Source: an uncultured Verrucomicrobiae bacterium (lineage in GTDB: Bacteria > Verrucomicrobiota > Verrucomicrobiia > Limisphaerales > UBA11358). Taken from it: DNA of 64,000 bases. The notes under the pieces were generated by a model, which worked only from the letters and a program-made list of their open reading frames with translations, ran no database searches and was not told the origin of the DNA. Position 1 is the first letter of the stretch. Every line of letters starts with the position of its first letter. A program made the translations under genes and the position numbers. The stretch lies in NCBI GenBank assembly GCA_963714695.1, contig CAVQPQ010000006.1, positions 321,971 through 385,970 on the forward strand, given 5' to 3'. Positions 18,418 through 27,903 of this stretch are shown one piece after another.

Positions 18418-19341
18418 TCATCCGCCAATATCTTTCAACGCGCCGCGCAGGTCCGGGAATTGGTATTCGAAACCCGATTCCAAGAACCGTTTGGGCGCGC
18501 AACGGCACCCATTGAGGATGAGCGACGGTTCAGTCTGAATCAGCCGGGATATGACCTTTACCGCCCAGGCGGGAGCCGGCGGGCACCACGGACGATAAAA
18601 GTTGTGCCGGAGCGCACGCATGAATTCCGAATTGGTTGCCGGATTGGGCGCAACGGCGTTGTAAGTGCCGGCCAGATAATTGCCAGGCTCGATGGCTTGC
18701 AGGAACATTTGCATCAGGTCCGCGAGCTGAATCCAACTGATGTATTGTTTGCCGTTCCCCGCCGCGCCGCCGAGAAACCACCTCGTCAAATTGGCCAGCA
18801 CGGGCAAGGCCCCGCCATCACGGCCCAGCACCAGACCGATTCGAAACAAAATGCGGCGGGTGTGGAGTGAATCCGCTGCATGGAAGGCTTGTTCCCAAAG
18901 ACGGCAGACTTCCGCAAGTGAATCCCGGCCATTGGGAGTTGTTTCGTCGCACCACTGATCGCCGCAATCACCGTAGAAACCAACGGCGCCCGCCTGCACC
19001 CAGACGCGCGGCGGTTGTTTGACCTGGCCGATGGCCGCGGCGATGGCACGCACCGGGTTGACGCGCGATTCAGTGATTTCACGAAGGTTTTCCCGCGTGT
19101 GCCGGCAATTTATGTTGCGCCCGGCCAGATTCACCACGGCTTCCGCTCCATCCAAACAATTTATCCACTCGCCGACGTTTTCCCCATCCCACTCCACCTC
19201 CTTGACCTGCTTATCTTCGTCACTTTTGCGCAGCGCGCGGGTCAGCACCACCACCTCGTAATTGCGCCGGACCAATTTCTTCGCGAGCGCCTGCCCCAAA
19301 AAACCGCTGCCACCCGCCAGCACGACACTCTTTTTATTCAT
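18418..19341 (-). CDS. TIGR01777-type NAD-dependent epimerase family protein (YfcH-like, DUF1731 C-terminus)
   Basis: Rossmann motif LAGGSGFLG right after the internal Met (MNKKSVV). The longer ORF-track start at 19461 would overlap the upstream gene, so 19341 is preferred. Confidence 0.8.
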   Translation of the reverse strand: MNKKSVVLAGGSGFLGQALAKKLVRRNYEVVVLTRALRKSDEDKQVKEVEWDGENVGEWINCLDGAEAVVNLAGRNINCRHTRENLREITESRVNPVRAIAAAIGQVKQPPRVWVQAGAVGFYGDCGDQWCDETTPNGRDSLAEVCRLWEQAFHAADSLHTRRILFRIGLVLGRDGGALPVLANLTRWFLGGAAGNGKQYISWIQLADLMQMFLQAIEPGNYLAGTYNAVAPNPATNSEFMRALRHNFYRPWCPPAPAWAVKVISRLIQTEPSLILNGCRCAPKRFLESGFEYQFPDLRGALKDIGG

Positions 19342-19343
19342 GG

Positions 19344-19778
19344 TCAATCTTTGTTGGCGGGCAATTCCAATGTCAATTGGGGCGCATTGCTGTCCGTAAG
19401 CGGATTGTTTCCAAAATGCGCGGATCCCACGCTTCCAAGCCACTTTTGAATCAACTGACACACGTCTGCCAAATTCAAGCGTTCATGTTCGCGGGGATAT
19501 TTTTCGAGGTTGGTCAGCGCCAGCTTGAATAGCGCGGCGGCGGGACGCAGTCGGTCTTTTTGCAGGTGGACAAATGCGCCGGCGAGCTGGATGAGGCCCT
19601 TGTAAAACGCGCCGTTGGGTCCGTTTTTGTCCTGGAGCCACAATTCCTCGAGCACGTCGTGCGCCTCGAAAAACAACCCGCGGTTGAAGCAATCGAAATA
19701 ACCAAGGTAATGCGGGTCGAGTTCCTGTCCGCTGAAGGACCCGATAAGGGCGCCGATTCGTGTGCTCTTGTGGCTCAC
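19344..19778 (-). CDS. DUF309 domain protein
   Basis: 144 aa with FNRGLFFEAHDVLEELW...YKGLIQLAGAFVH, typical of DUF309. Confidence 0.7.
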   Translation of the reverse strand: MSHKSTRIGALIGSFSGQELDPHYLGYFDCFNRGLFFEAHDVLEELWLQDKNGPNGAFYKGLIQLAGAFVHLQKDRLRPAAALFKLALTNLEKYPREHERLNLADVCQLIQKWLGSVGSAHFGNNPLTDSNAPQLTLELPANKD

Positions 19779-19791
19779 AATTCAAGGATAG

Positions 19792-19823
19792 AGTCCAAAG
19801 TCCAAAGCCCAAAGCCCAAAGTC
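19792..19823. repeat. tandem heptamer array (single arm)
   Basis: AGTCCAA AGTCCAA AGCCCAA AGCCCAA AGTC, 14 nt upstream of the DUF309 gene start. Confidence 0.8.
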
Positions 19824-20057
19824 GGGTATTTAAAGTGGGCGCGTCACTTTCCGCGCGCCGCAATTGTTGTGCGGACGGGCGGCGGGCAGAGGACTGCCGG
19901 CTCAGCCAATTCAATACACCAGCACCGCCGCGTCCGGCGCCGACTACACCACGTCATTAAATTTTCGCTCCACGTTGACATGATCTACATGAGCGACAAT
20001 GAAGCCTTCCGCTCTCAGTTCAAGCCGGGGAACCGCTCTAACCGGAGTCATGTTTCT

Positions 20058-22532
20058 TCACTTGCCCCAGTCCTTGTCCTTTGCCTGTCGGTAGAGTGTA
20101 GCAAGTTGTGCCGGGGTGACGAAGACCATGTTCGGGTCGCGCTGCTCATAGATGCGAGCAAGGTCATCCGGGCCAAAGAGCCAGCAGTTGACCCAGCCAT
20201 GAACAAATGCAGGGCGGCGCGTGCCAACTTGCTCGCGGACATCCCGGAGGAAACCGTCTTTACCGTAAGCGCTGCCCGTCACGGCGCGAAAGACCGGCAT
20301 GCCTTCAGGCAACGTGTATGTCAAATCGTCAATGCCCCAACGGTCTAAATCACGGCTCATGTCTGCAAAAATGGAATGGCAAAAGGGCAATCCCTTCGCG
20401 TAACGGTCCAGAATGACATCGCTGCCGCGTTCCGTACGCACCGTGCGCATCCCCATCGGCTGCATCAAGCGCGCTGTCCAGTCAAGAAAACCCGCAAAAA
20501 CGCGATCACGGTCGGTGAAGGCGAGGCCGTAATATTCCGGTCGTGTGTAAGCCGCGCCGGAAACGTCGGCGATAAATTCCGTTTGCGGCGAGGCATGTTC
20601 GTAATACCACTGTGCCACCGCGGGCATCAGTTCTCGAATCGATGGTCCCATGCCAAATGCCAGCGGGAATTTGCCGAATGAAGGGTGATTGAAATATTTC
20701 TCATAGAAATCGATCCAGATGTTTTGGTTGTCGCCGTCGGACATGACCAGTGCGATGTAAATGGAGTTTTTATCCAACCGTGGCGGAGGTGGCTGTTTCG
20801 GCTGGTCCATTCGGTCCAGGCGCACGCCGCTCATGACACAAGCATTGCCCAGATAATCGGAAGCCACGACTCCTTTGGCATAACGACTCGCGAACGCGAC
20901 TCCGTCCGGTTCACCCAGTCCATAACCGTCGCCCCAAGCAGGAATCGCAGGATAGCCGAGCATTGCCGTGTTCGGATCCATCTCCGCGAAAATCTCCGCC
21001 ATGAGTCGGCATTCAGCGAGTTTGTCGGCACCCGGCTCGTATTCGTCCAGTGGCCCGACAATCCAGAAGATCACTCCCCGCCACTGCAAATCATAGGCGA
21101 AGGTGCAGTTTTGTAGGAGAGAAGGATGCTCGTATTGGCACAGATGGCAGCTCAACTGGTTTTTATAGGTTGTCCAGACCCAGCGCATTCCCTCGCTATA
21201 AGTTTTGAACCGACCGCGCAGGTCAATCTTCACAGGAATTCCGAGTTTCTTCGCCAGTTCCGGGCTGGTAATGATTAGGTTTTCACAAGCCGCCACGTTC
21301 ACCGCGAGCGAATCGCCGCGAAACAGTTCCGGGTCGGGGATGATGGCGCCTTTATAATTGTTGGAAAACTGTTGGAAAAGATGCGTCCAATTTGTCACAA
21401 CCTCGTAACTATCTATATACCTTTTTTCTTTATGCCAGTCGAGCCAGAATTGATCCTCGCCATTGCGATTCAACCAGATTCGTGGCTGTTCCCGGCTGGT
21501 CAGGCCTTGCAGGCAGGTGAGCGCAATGCGTTCTTCGGGTTTCAGGGGCGCAACGTCCACCACCAAAAGATGTCGTGCCGGCAGACTCGATTTGGGCAGA
21601 AAGGAATTGCCCCAAGAACGTGGCGTGACAGAGAAGGGCAGATTTTCTGGAAATGGTTTTGGTTTCTGAATCGTATCCAGCGCCTGAAGTCGTTCACGAA
21701 AGTTCTCCGTTGTGATCTGACCCTTTTCCAGCAGGCACCATAGAACACCTCGGACCAGTAACTGCTCCGCAAAATACCTGTTCAAATCGTCCAACTCCTG
21801 TGCGACCTGCCCGATCCAAACATCGCGTGCGCTATGGAACGCTGCGCAACGATGGCGGATTAATGCCGCTGCCGGATGCTGCTCATTGCCAACGCCGATG
21901 TTGACCAGGGGCATGACTTCATCTTCAGGCGCGAGACTGCGCGGGTCGAGCCACTGATAGTTGCCGTCGTGATTTGGCAACATGCTCTCGGTGAGACCCA
22001 GTGGATGCCCCGGGACGGAAACGAGAGGGTTTTTCTCTTTGGCAAACGGCCCGCCGAAACCGCCCGTTCCAATGCCTTTGGCGTTGTGATCGAAGAAGCT
22101 GACGTGGCCGAGGTCCTGCCACTTGCCATCAACCTTGTCGCACGGATGACAGAATGGAACACCATTCATCACGAGGCATCCACCGGCCGCATGATATGCC
22201 CGGATGGTATTGAAGGCGGGTTTGGGAAATCCGTTTCCGCAGGCCATCACCAGCACCGAAAAACGCTGCGCATTGAAAACGGCGCGATCCGCCAATTCTG
22301 CTGCTGAAAGGGGCTTGGCCTCGATGCCATATTGCCGCAGGAGATCAACGATACTGGAAGGCGGCAATGCGGGTGTCCCGCCAACTGGAACCAATCCTTT
22401 TTCAACGAGAACTGCGACGCGCGGTGGGACTGCACTCCTTTCCGTCGTGTTTGTCGTTTGGGAAAATCCTGTGAAAATTGGGCAAAGAAAAACCACCAAT
22501 CCCATTCGGAGCAACCAGGCTGTCTTGGTCAT
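20058..22532 (-). CDS. large secreted protein, possibly GxGYxYP-family putative glycoside hydrolase
   Basis: 824 aa with an N-terminal signal peptide. The C-terminal region resembles the GxGYxYP family (SGAAYTRPEYY). The assignment is tentative. Confidence 0.45.
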   Translation of the reverse strand: MTKTAWLLRMGLVVFLCPIFTGFSQTTNTTERSAVPPRVAVLVEKGLVPVGGTPALPPSSIVDLLRQYGIEAKPLSAAELADRAVFNAQRFSVLVMACGNGFPKPAFNTIRAYHAAGGCLVMNGVPFCHPCDKVDGKWQDLGHVSFFDHNAKGIGTGGFGGPFAKEKNPLVSVPGHPLGLTESMLPNHDGNYQWLDPRSLAPEDEVMPLVNIGVGNEQHPAAALIRHRCAAFHSARDVWIGQVAQELDDLNRYFAEQLLVRGVLWCLLEKGQITTENFRERLQALDTIQKPKPFPENLPFSVTPRSWGNSFLPKSSLPARHLLVVDVAPLKPEERIALTCLQGLTSREQPRIWLNRNGEDQFWLDWHKEKRYIDSYEVVTNWTHLFQQFSNNYKGAIIPDPELFRGDSLAVNVAACENLIITSPELAKKLGIPVKIDLRGRFKTYSEGMRWVWTTYKNQLSCHLCQYEHPSLLQNCTFAYDLQWRGVIFWIVGPLDEYEPGADKLAECRLMAEIFAEMDPNTAMLGYPAIPAWGDGYGLGEPDGVAFASRYAKGVVASDYLGNACVMSGVRLDRMDQPKQPPPPRLDKNSIYIALVMSDGDNQNIWIDFYEKYFNHPSFGKFPLAFGMGPSIRELMPAVAQWYYEHASPQTEFIADVSGAAYTRPEYYGLAFTDRDRVFAGFLDWTARLMQPMGMRTVRTERGSDVILDRYAKGLPFCHSIFADMSRDLDRWGIDDLTYTLPEGMPVFRAVTGSAYGKDGFLRDVREQVGTRRPAFVHGWVNCWLFGPDDLARIYEQRDPNMVFVTPAQLATLYRQAKDKDWGK

Positions 22533-22622
22533 GCCGCGAGATTAGCTGGTTTCAATCTGCCAGCAAGTCCGGCATACATGCTTCGCGTTGACAACTTCCC
22601 CAGCCTGCGACACTCTGCGCGC

Positions 22623-23534
22623 ATGGCAAAACCTGCTTTGGGACGCGGTCTCGGCGCGTTGCTGGGCGGCACTCCGGTTTTAACCCAACCGGCACCCGTC
22701 GCAGATCCCGCACCCGCGCCCGACACGCGCGAGCGCGTGCAGCGCGTGCCGCTGGACCGCATCCGCCCGTGTCCGCTGCAACCGCGCAAGGATTTTTCCG
22801 CCGAGGCATTGAGTGAACTGGCCGATTCCATCCGCGAACAGGGTATCGTACAGCCGCTTATTGTGCGCGAACGGGGCGGTTTTTTTGAATTGATTGCCGG
22901 TGAACGCCGCTGGCGCGCGGCGCAATTGCTGCAACTCGCCGAAGTGCCCGTCATCGCCCGCGAAGCCGACGACCGCGCGGTGCTGGAACTGGCGCTCATC
23001 GAAAATCTCCAGCGCGAAAATCTCAATGCCATCGAGGAAGCGCATGGTTACGAACAGTTGGCCGGGCAATTCCAGCTCACGCAGGAGGAAATCGCCGTCA
23101 AAGTCGGCAAAAGCCGCGCGGTGGTGGCCAACGCGATGCGGCTGCTGAAGCTGCCACAAGCCGTCCAGAATTTTGTCTGCGAAGGGCGGCTGTCTGTCGG
23201 CCATGCCAAAGTCATTCTAGGTCTGGCCGATGAAAAAAATCAAAAGCTCGCGGCCGAGCGCGTCATCAAGCAGGGCCTGAATGTCCGGCAAACCGAAGGG
23301 CTGGTCGCCAAGCTGCAAAAGCGTCCGCACAAATCCACGCTCCAGCCGGAAACAGTCGCTCCGCCAGGTTCCGATCCGCACGTGGCGGATTTGGAAGCAC
23401 GTTTGCGCGAGGTGTTCGCGACGAAAGTGCAACTCCGCTATGCGGAAGGCAAGGGATCGGTGGAAATCACCTTTTTCAGCGACGAAGAACTGGAACGCAT
23501 TTTGCAGATCTTAGGGGTGACGAGTGGCGGGTGA
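22623..23534 (+). CDS. parB: chromosome partitioning protein ParB
   Basis: Starts MAKPALGRGLGALLG. ParB box (QPRK...), HTH region, C-terminal dimerisation segment. The ORF-track start at 22332 is an upstream extension. Confidence 0.9.
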   Translation: MAKPALGRGLGALLGGTPVLTQPAPVADPAPAPDTRERVQRVPLDRIRPCPLQPRKDFSAEALSELADSIREQGIVQPLIVRERGGFFELIAGERRWRAAQLLQLAEVPVIAREADDRAVLELALIENLQRENLNAIEEAHGYEQLAGQFQLTQEEIAVKVGKSRAVVANAMRLLKLPQAVQNFVCEGRLSVGHAKVILGLADEKNQKLAAERVIKQGLNVRQTEGLVAKLQKRPHKSTLQPETVAPPGSDPHVADLEARLREVFATKVQLRYAEGKGSVEITFFSDEELERILQILGVTSGG

Positions 23535-23542
23535 TAAAGAAA

Positions 23543-23570
23543 GGTGACAGGTGACAGGTGACAGGTGACA
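23543..23570 (+). repeat. (GGTGACA)x4 tandem heptamer array, left arm of cassette
   Basis: Four perfect units starting 8 nt after the parB stop. Reverse complement of the array at 23969-23996. Confidence 0.9.
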
Positions 23571-23965
23571 AGAAAGAAAGCAAACCGGCAGATTCTTACG
23601 ATCGGTTGGAGTCTTTCGGCATCTACCAACTCGCCCGCCAGCTTTTCGGTGATTTTTGGAATGATTCAGGAATACTAAGCAAAGATTTTCGCGGACGAGA
23701 ATTGGTCAAACAACAGGTCCGCAGCCTGGATTCCGTTTGTGCGAATATGGAGGAAGGTTTTGGCCGTGGTTTTGGTAAGGAATTACCGCAACATCTAAAA
23801 ATCTCCCGTAGCGAAGCAAGAGAAAGTCGAGGCCGATACGAACGGTGCAATCGCCTGCTTCCGCCTGAAACCATTGCACAACGGGTTTCCGCCCTGAGCC
23901 GCATTATCGGCGGTCTGAGCAAAACCATTCAAACCATTGAGAGTCGCGCCCGCCGGCAGCCTTGA
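23558..23965 (+). CDS. four-helix-bundle protein (23S rRNA intervening-sequence protein family, TIGR02436/PF05635-like)
   Basis: 135 aa. Family pattern seen in YQLARQL...FRGRELVKQQVRSLDSVCANMEEGFGR...L.ISRSEARESRG. The GTG start lies inside the left heptamer array. Confidence 0.75.
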   Translation: MTGDKKESKPADSYDRLESFGIYQLARQLFGDFWNDSGILSKDFRGRELVKQQVRSLDSVCANMEEGFGRGFGKELPQHLKISRSEARESRGRYERCNRLLPPETIAQRVSALSRIIGGLSKTIQTIESRARRQP

Positions 23966-23968
23966 TCT

Positions 23969-23996
23969 TGTCACCTGTTACATGTCACTTGTCACC
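23969..23996 (+). repeat. TGTCACC-type heptamer array, right arm of cassette
   Basis: TGTCACC TGTTACA TGTCACT TGTCACC, the inverted complement of (GGTGACA)x4 with three substitutions. Ends 5 nt before the def start. Confidence 0.9.
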
Positions 23997-24001
23997 CCAT
24001 C

Positions 24002-24580
24002 ATGATTCTTGAAGTCATCAAATACGGCCATCCTGCCCTCCGGCAAAAAGGCGCGCGCATCGAAAAAATCACGCCGGAAATCAAAAAACTGATTGCCGAC
24101 ATGTTCGAGACAATGCATGCCAGCCATGGCATCGGACTGGCGGCGCAGCAGGTCGGCCGGGCGCTGCAACTCACGGTCGTTGATGTGCGCGAGGCCAAGG
24201 ACCGTCCGTCCTGGCTGGAATTGGACGGCCAGCCCGCCAACGTGAATGAATTCATGCCGCTGATTCTGATCAATCCGGAACTCAAACCGGGCGGTGAGCC
24301 GGCCACCGGCGGCGAGGGCTGCCTGAGTTTCCCGGAAATTTTCGCGGAAATTACGCGTCCCGAATTGGTGGATGTGAAGGCGTTGAACGAAAATGGCAAA
24401 CCGGTTGAATTCCGGTGCGGCGGCCTGCTGGCGCGCGCCGTTCAGCATGAAACGGATCACTTGAACGGCATTTTGTTCATTGACCGGATGAGCCGTAAAA
24501 CCAAGGAAGGGCTGCGGCCGGAACTGGACGAATTGCAGGCCAAAACCAAGGCTGAGCTGGAATCAGCGGGCAAACGGTGA
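24002..24580 (+). CDS. def: peptide deformylase
   Basis: GIGLAAQQVG, EGCLSFP and QHETDHL motifs. Confidence 0.95.
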   Translation: MILEVIKYGHPALRQKGARIEKITPEIKKLIADMFETMHASHGIGLAAQQVGRALQLTVVDVREAKDRPSWLELDGQPANVNEFMPLILINPELKPGGEPATGGEGCLSFPEIFAEITRPELVDVKALNENGKPVEFRCGGLLARAVQHETDHLNGILFIDRMSRKTKEGLRPELDELQAKTKAELESAGKR

Positions 24581-24581
24581 C

Positions 24582-26090
24582 TCAATAAACCTTCCGCAAG
24601 TTGGATGGCAGGATGTTGAGTTCGGTGCGGTATTTGGCGACGGTGCGACGGGCGATGGTGATGCCTTTGTCGGCGAGCATTTTCACGACTTCCTGATCGG
24701 CCAACGGTTTGGCCGCGTCTTCGTTTTTGAAAATTTCGGTGATCATGTCCTTGACGCTGGTGTTGGACACGTCGGTGCCTGTGGCGGTCTGCAGGCCGGC
24801 GGTGAAAAAATATTTTAACTCAAACACGCCTTGGGGCGTCTGGATGTATTTGCCGGAAACAGCGCGGCTGACCGTGGTTTCGTGAACGCCCACCACCTCG
24901 GCAACCTGCGCCATCGTCAGCGGTTTCAGGTATGCGACGCCTTTGTCCATGAAATCGCGCTGGCGTTTCATGATTTCCTTCCCGATGTTCAGGATCGTCT
25001 GCTGCCGCTGGTGCAGGCTCTTGATCAAAAATTTTCCGGCGCGGATTTTTTCGCGGATGTAGTTTTTGACTTCGGCGGAATTTCCGCCCTGCGACATCAG
25101 GTCTTTATAGACGTTGCTGATGCGCAAATGCGGAATGTGCTCGTCGTTGGTCGTGACGACCAGCTCGCCGCCAACCTTTTGCACGAACACTTCTGGCAGG
25201 ACGTATTGATTCGCGTCCGGCAAAAAGGCGCGTCCGGGGCGCGGTTCCAAACGCCCGATGCGGCCCATTGCCTCCTGCACTTCGTCAACGGTGCAACCCG
25301 CTGCGCGCGCGATTTCCGGAATGCGCCGTTTGCCCAGCGCGTCCATCGAATCGCGCACAATGCGATATTCGAGCATCTCCTGCCGGCCGGCGCGTTCGAG
25401 TTGAAGCATCAGGCATTCGCGCAAATCCCGCGCGCCGACGCCGGGCGGATCAAAGGACTGAACCACTTTGAGCACCTCGATTATCTTTTCCGGCGGCACC
25501 CCGGCCGAGGCTGACATTTCCTCGACCGTCGCCTTGAGATAGCCGTAATCGTCAATGTTGCCGACAATCAACTCCGCGATGCCGTGCTGCTCATCCGTCA
25601 AATCGGTTTCCCGCGCCTGATCCATCAACATCTGGGTGAAGGAGGTTCCCGCCGCGAGCGAATCGAACATGAACTGGCGCTTTTCCTCCTCCTCGGCGGT
25701 CTGGCGGATGGGAACGTTCGTGGCCGAAAAATGATCGCGCCATTCCTGGTCCAGTTGCACGAGCTTGTCGAATTCCGCCTGAAAATCGTCCACCGGTTCT
25801 TCGGCCTCTTTTTCCGAGACGGCATCGGCCCGCAGGTCTTCCGGCGGCTCGGCGGGATCGGGTGATGCGGACACTTCATCGGAATCCCGTTCCGACTGGT
25901 CACGCAAATCCAATTCCTCCGCCGCCATTTCTTCGAGCACGGGATTTTGCTGCAATTCCTGTTCGACGAGCGCCTGGAGTTCGAGGGTCGGAGCCTGCAG
26001 CAACGCCAGCGATTGCTGGAGTTGCGGCGCCAGCACCAACGACTGCGTCAGGCGCGTGGACAAATGCAAACCTTGAACCATTTCGTTCAA
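24582..26090 (-). CDS. rpoN: RNA polymerase sigma-54 factor
   Basis: 502 aa, glutamine/leucine-rich N-terminus, acidic linker, C-terminal HTH and RpoN box (ARRTVAKYR). Confidence 0.95.
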   Translation of the reverse strand: MNEMVQGLHLSTRLTQSLVLAPQLQQSLALLQAPTLELQALVEQELQQNPVLEEMAAEELDLRDQSERDSDEVSASPDPAEPPEDLRADAVSEKEAEEPVDDFQAEFDKLVQLDQEWRDHFSATNVPIRQTAEEEEKRQFMFDSLAAGTSFTQMLMDQARETDLTDEQHGIAELIVGNIDDYGYLKATVEEMSASAGVPPEKIIEVLKVVQSFDPPGVGARDLRECLMLQLERAGRQEMLEYRIVRDSMDALGKRRIPEIARAAGCTVDEVQEAMGRIGRLEPRPGRAFLPDANQYVLPEVFVQKVGGELVVTTNDEHIPHLRISNVYKDLMSQGGNSAEVKNYIREKIRAGKFLIKSLHQRQQTILNIGKEIMKRQRDFMDKGVAYLKPLTMAQVAEVVGVHETTVSRAVSGKYIQTPQGVFELKYFFTAGLQTATGTDVSNTSVKDMITEIFKNEDAAKPLADQEVVKMLADKGITIARRTVAKYRTELNILPSNLRKVY

Positions 26091-26133
26091 GATAATGCGG
26101 TTTTATTGCGACTACAAGCAAAAAATCGAAAAG

Positions 26134-26149
26134 TGGCACGACTTTCGCT
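26134..26149 (+). promoter_or_regulatory. candidate sigma-54 type -24/-12 promoter upstream of hpf
   Basis: TGGCAC-GACTT-TCGCT. GG at 26135-26136 and GC at 26147-26148 are correctly spaced, with one mismatch in the -12 TTGC. About 60 nt upstream of the hpf ATG. Confidence 0.35.
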
Positions 26150-26210
26150 GTACAGGCCAAAATTCAAGGAAAAACTGGATTTTTTTGCCCGGCGATTGCA
26201 TCTTGTTGTC

Positions 26211-26576
26211 ATGAAGTTGATTCTTTCGACGCATAACATCAAGCTGACCAGGGCCATCGAGAACCATGTCGTGAAACAACTGGAGAAACTCGACCATTTT
26301 GACCAGCGCACCATTGACGCCCGGGTGACGCTCGAACACGATCATACCCGCGCCACGGCAAAACAATTTTGCTGCTCCGTTCGCCTGGGCGTGCGCGGAC
26401 CAGATCTTTTTGCCGAAGACGTCGAAAGCGACCTTTACGCGGCCATTGACAAGGTCACCAAAAAAATCGCGCAGCAAATCCGCAAACGCCACAACAAGTG
26501 GAAGGCCCGCAAACACAAGGTTGCTGCGCGCAGCAAGCAGACCCGCCAAAATGCCGGGGATGCCGAATCCGAGTAA
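26211..26576 (+). CDS. hpf: ribosome hibernation promoting factor (sigma-54 modulation protein family)
   Basis: Internal Met start MKLILSTHNIKLTRAIENHV... Typical HPF/RaiA fold sequence with a basic tail. Confidence 0.85.
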   Translation: MKLILSTHNIKLTRAIENHVVKQLEKLDHFDQRTIDARVTLEHDHTRATAKQFCCSVRLGVRGPDLFAEDVESDLYAAIDKVTKKIAQQIRKRHNKWKARKHKVAARSKQTRQNAGDAESE

Positions 26577-26652
26577 GTGTTGAGCGTTGATTCGCCGGTC
26601 GTTAAATCGTATTTAACCGGTACGACGATTTGACGATGAGCGTTCAACCAAA

Positions 26653-27903
26653 ATGATTCTTCGCGCCCGCACACTTTTGCCGGTCTCGCAACCGCCCATT
26701 GACAATGGCGCGGTGCTGGTTTCTGGAAATCGCATTCGCGCGGTGGGTTTCTGGCTGGATTTGCGGACGCGTGCGAATGAAAAAATTCTCGACCTCGGCG
26801 AAGTCATCCTGCTTCCCGGCCTCATCAACGCCCACTGCCACCTCGACTACACCGACATGGCGGGAATGCTGCCGCCGCCGAAAACATTCACCGACTGGAT
26901 CCCGCTCATCCTTTCCGCCAAATCCGGCTGGGGCTATTCCGACTACCTGCGTTCCTGGCTGAACGGCGCGCGGATGCTGGAGCGCACCGGCACCACCACG
27001 GTCGCCGACATTGAAATCGTGCCCGACCTTTTGCCGGACATTTGGGACGCCACGCCGCTGCGGGTCTTTTCGTTCCTCGAAATGACCGGCATCCGTGCCC
27101 GGCGCAATCCCACAGAAGTGCTCCATGAAGCTGTCGAAAAAATGGATTCACTTTCGCACCCGCGCTGCTCCGCCTCGCTTTCGCCGCACGCCCCCTACTC
27201 CACCGTGCCCGCGCTGCTGGAACTCAGCGCCGAAGCCGCGCGCGAACGCGGGCAGCGGCTGTGCGTTCATGTGGCGGAATCCGCGGAGGAGTTTGAAATG
27301 TTCATGCGCGCGAGCGGCCAAATGTACAACTGGCTGCAGCGCAATGAACGTGATTTGTCCGATTGCGGCCTCGGCTCGCCGATCCAGCACCTCGCCCGCC
27401 ACCAGACGCTCGGCAATAATCTGCTCGCCATCCACGTCAACTGCCTCGCGCGCGGCGATGCCGCGTTGCTGGGCCGGCGCGGCGTTCACGTGGTTCATTG
27501 CCCGCGCAGCCACGATTATTTCCGCCACCCGCCGTTTTTGCGCAAACGACTGGCCAACGCCGGCGTCAATCTCTGCCTCGGCACCGACAGCCTGGCCACC
27601 GTTCGCAAAACCAGGAAACAAAACCCCGAACTCAGCATGTTCGACGAAATGCGCGAGTTGGCAGCCAACGATCCAAAACTTCCGCCAGTGGAAATAGTGC
27701 GCATGGCCACGGTCAACGGCGCGCACGCGCTAGGCCGGGCCGGCCAGATCGGTGAGCTTTCTGAAAATGTCCTGGCCGATTTGATTGCCATCCCCGCCAG
27801 CGCAAAACCCAGCGAGGCTTGCGAAGCCGTGCTGGCTCACGACGGCCCGGTGAGCGCCAGCATGATTGACGGGGATTGGGTCATTCCACCGCAAAGCTCG
27901 TGA
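26653..27903 (+). CDS. amidohydrolase family protein (chlorohydrolase/nucleoside deaminase-like)
   Basis: 416 aa. PGLINAHCHLDYT metal-binding motif and HV..S/HC motifs. The exact substrate cannot be called. Confidence 0.75.
   Translation: MILRARTLLPVSQPPIDNGAVLVSGNRIRAVGFWLDLRTRANEKILDLGEVILLPGLINAHCHLDYTDMAGMLPPPKTFTDWIPLILSAKSGWGYSDYLRSWLNGARMLERTGTTTVADIEIVPDLLPDIWDATPLRVFSFLEMTGIRARRNPTEVLHEAVEKMDSLSHPRCSASLSPHAPYSTVPALLELSAEAARERGQRLCVHVAESAEEFEMFMRASGQMYNWLQRNERDLSDCGLGSPIQHLARHQTLGNNLLAIHVNCLARGDAALLGRRGVHVVHCPRSHDYFRHPPFLRKRLANAGVNLCLGTDSLATVRKTRKQNPELSMFDEMRELAANDPKLPPVEIVRMATVNGAHALGRAGQIGELSENVLADLIAIPASAKPSEACEAVLAHDGPVSASMIDGDWVIPPQSS

Noticed and set aside
23543-23996. Heptamer arrays (here and at the other loci) as CRISPR arrays
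   Set aside because: The units are 7 nt and directly tandem with no spacers. There are only 3-5 copies, and no cas genes in the window.
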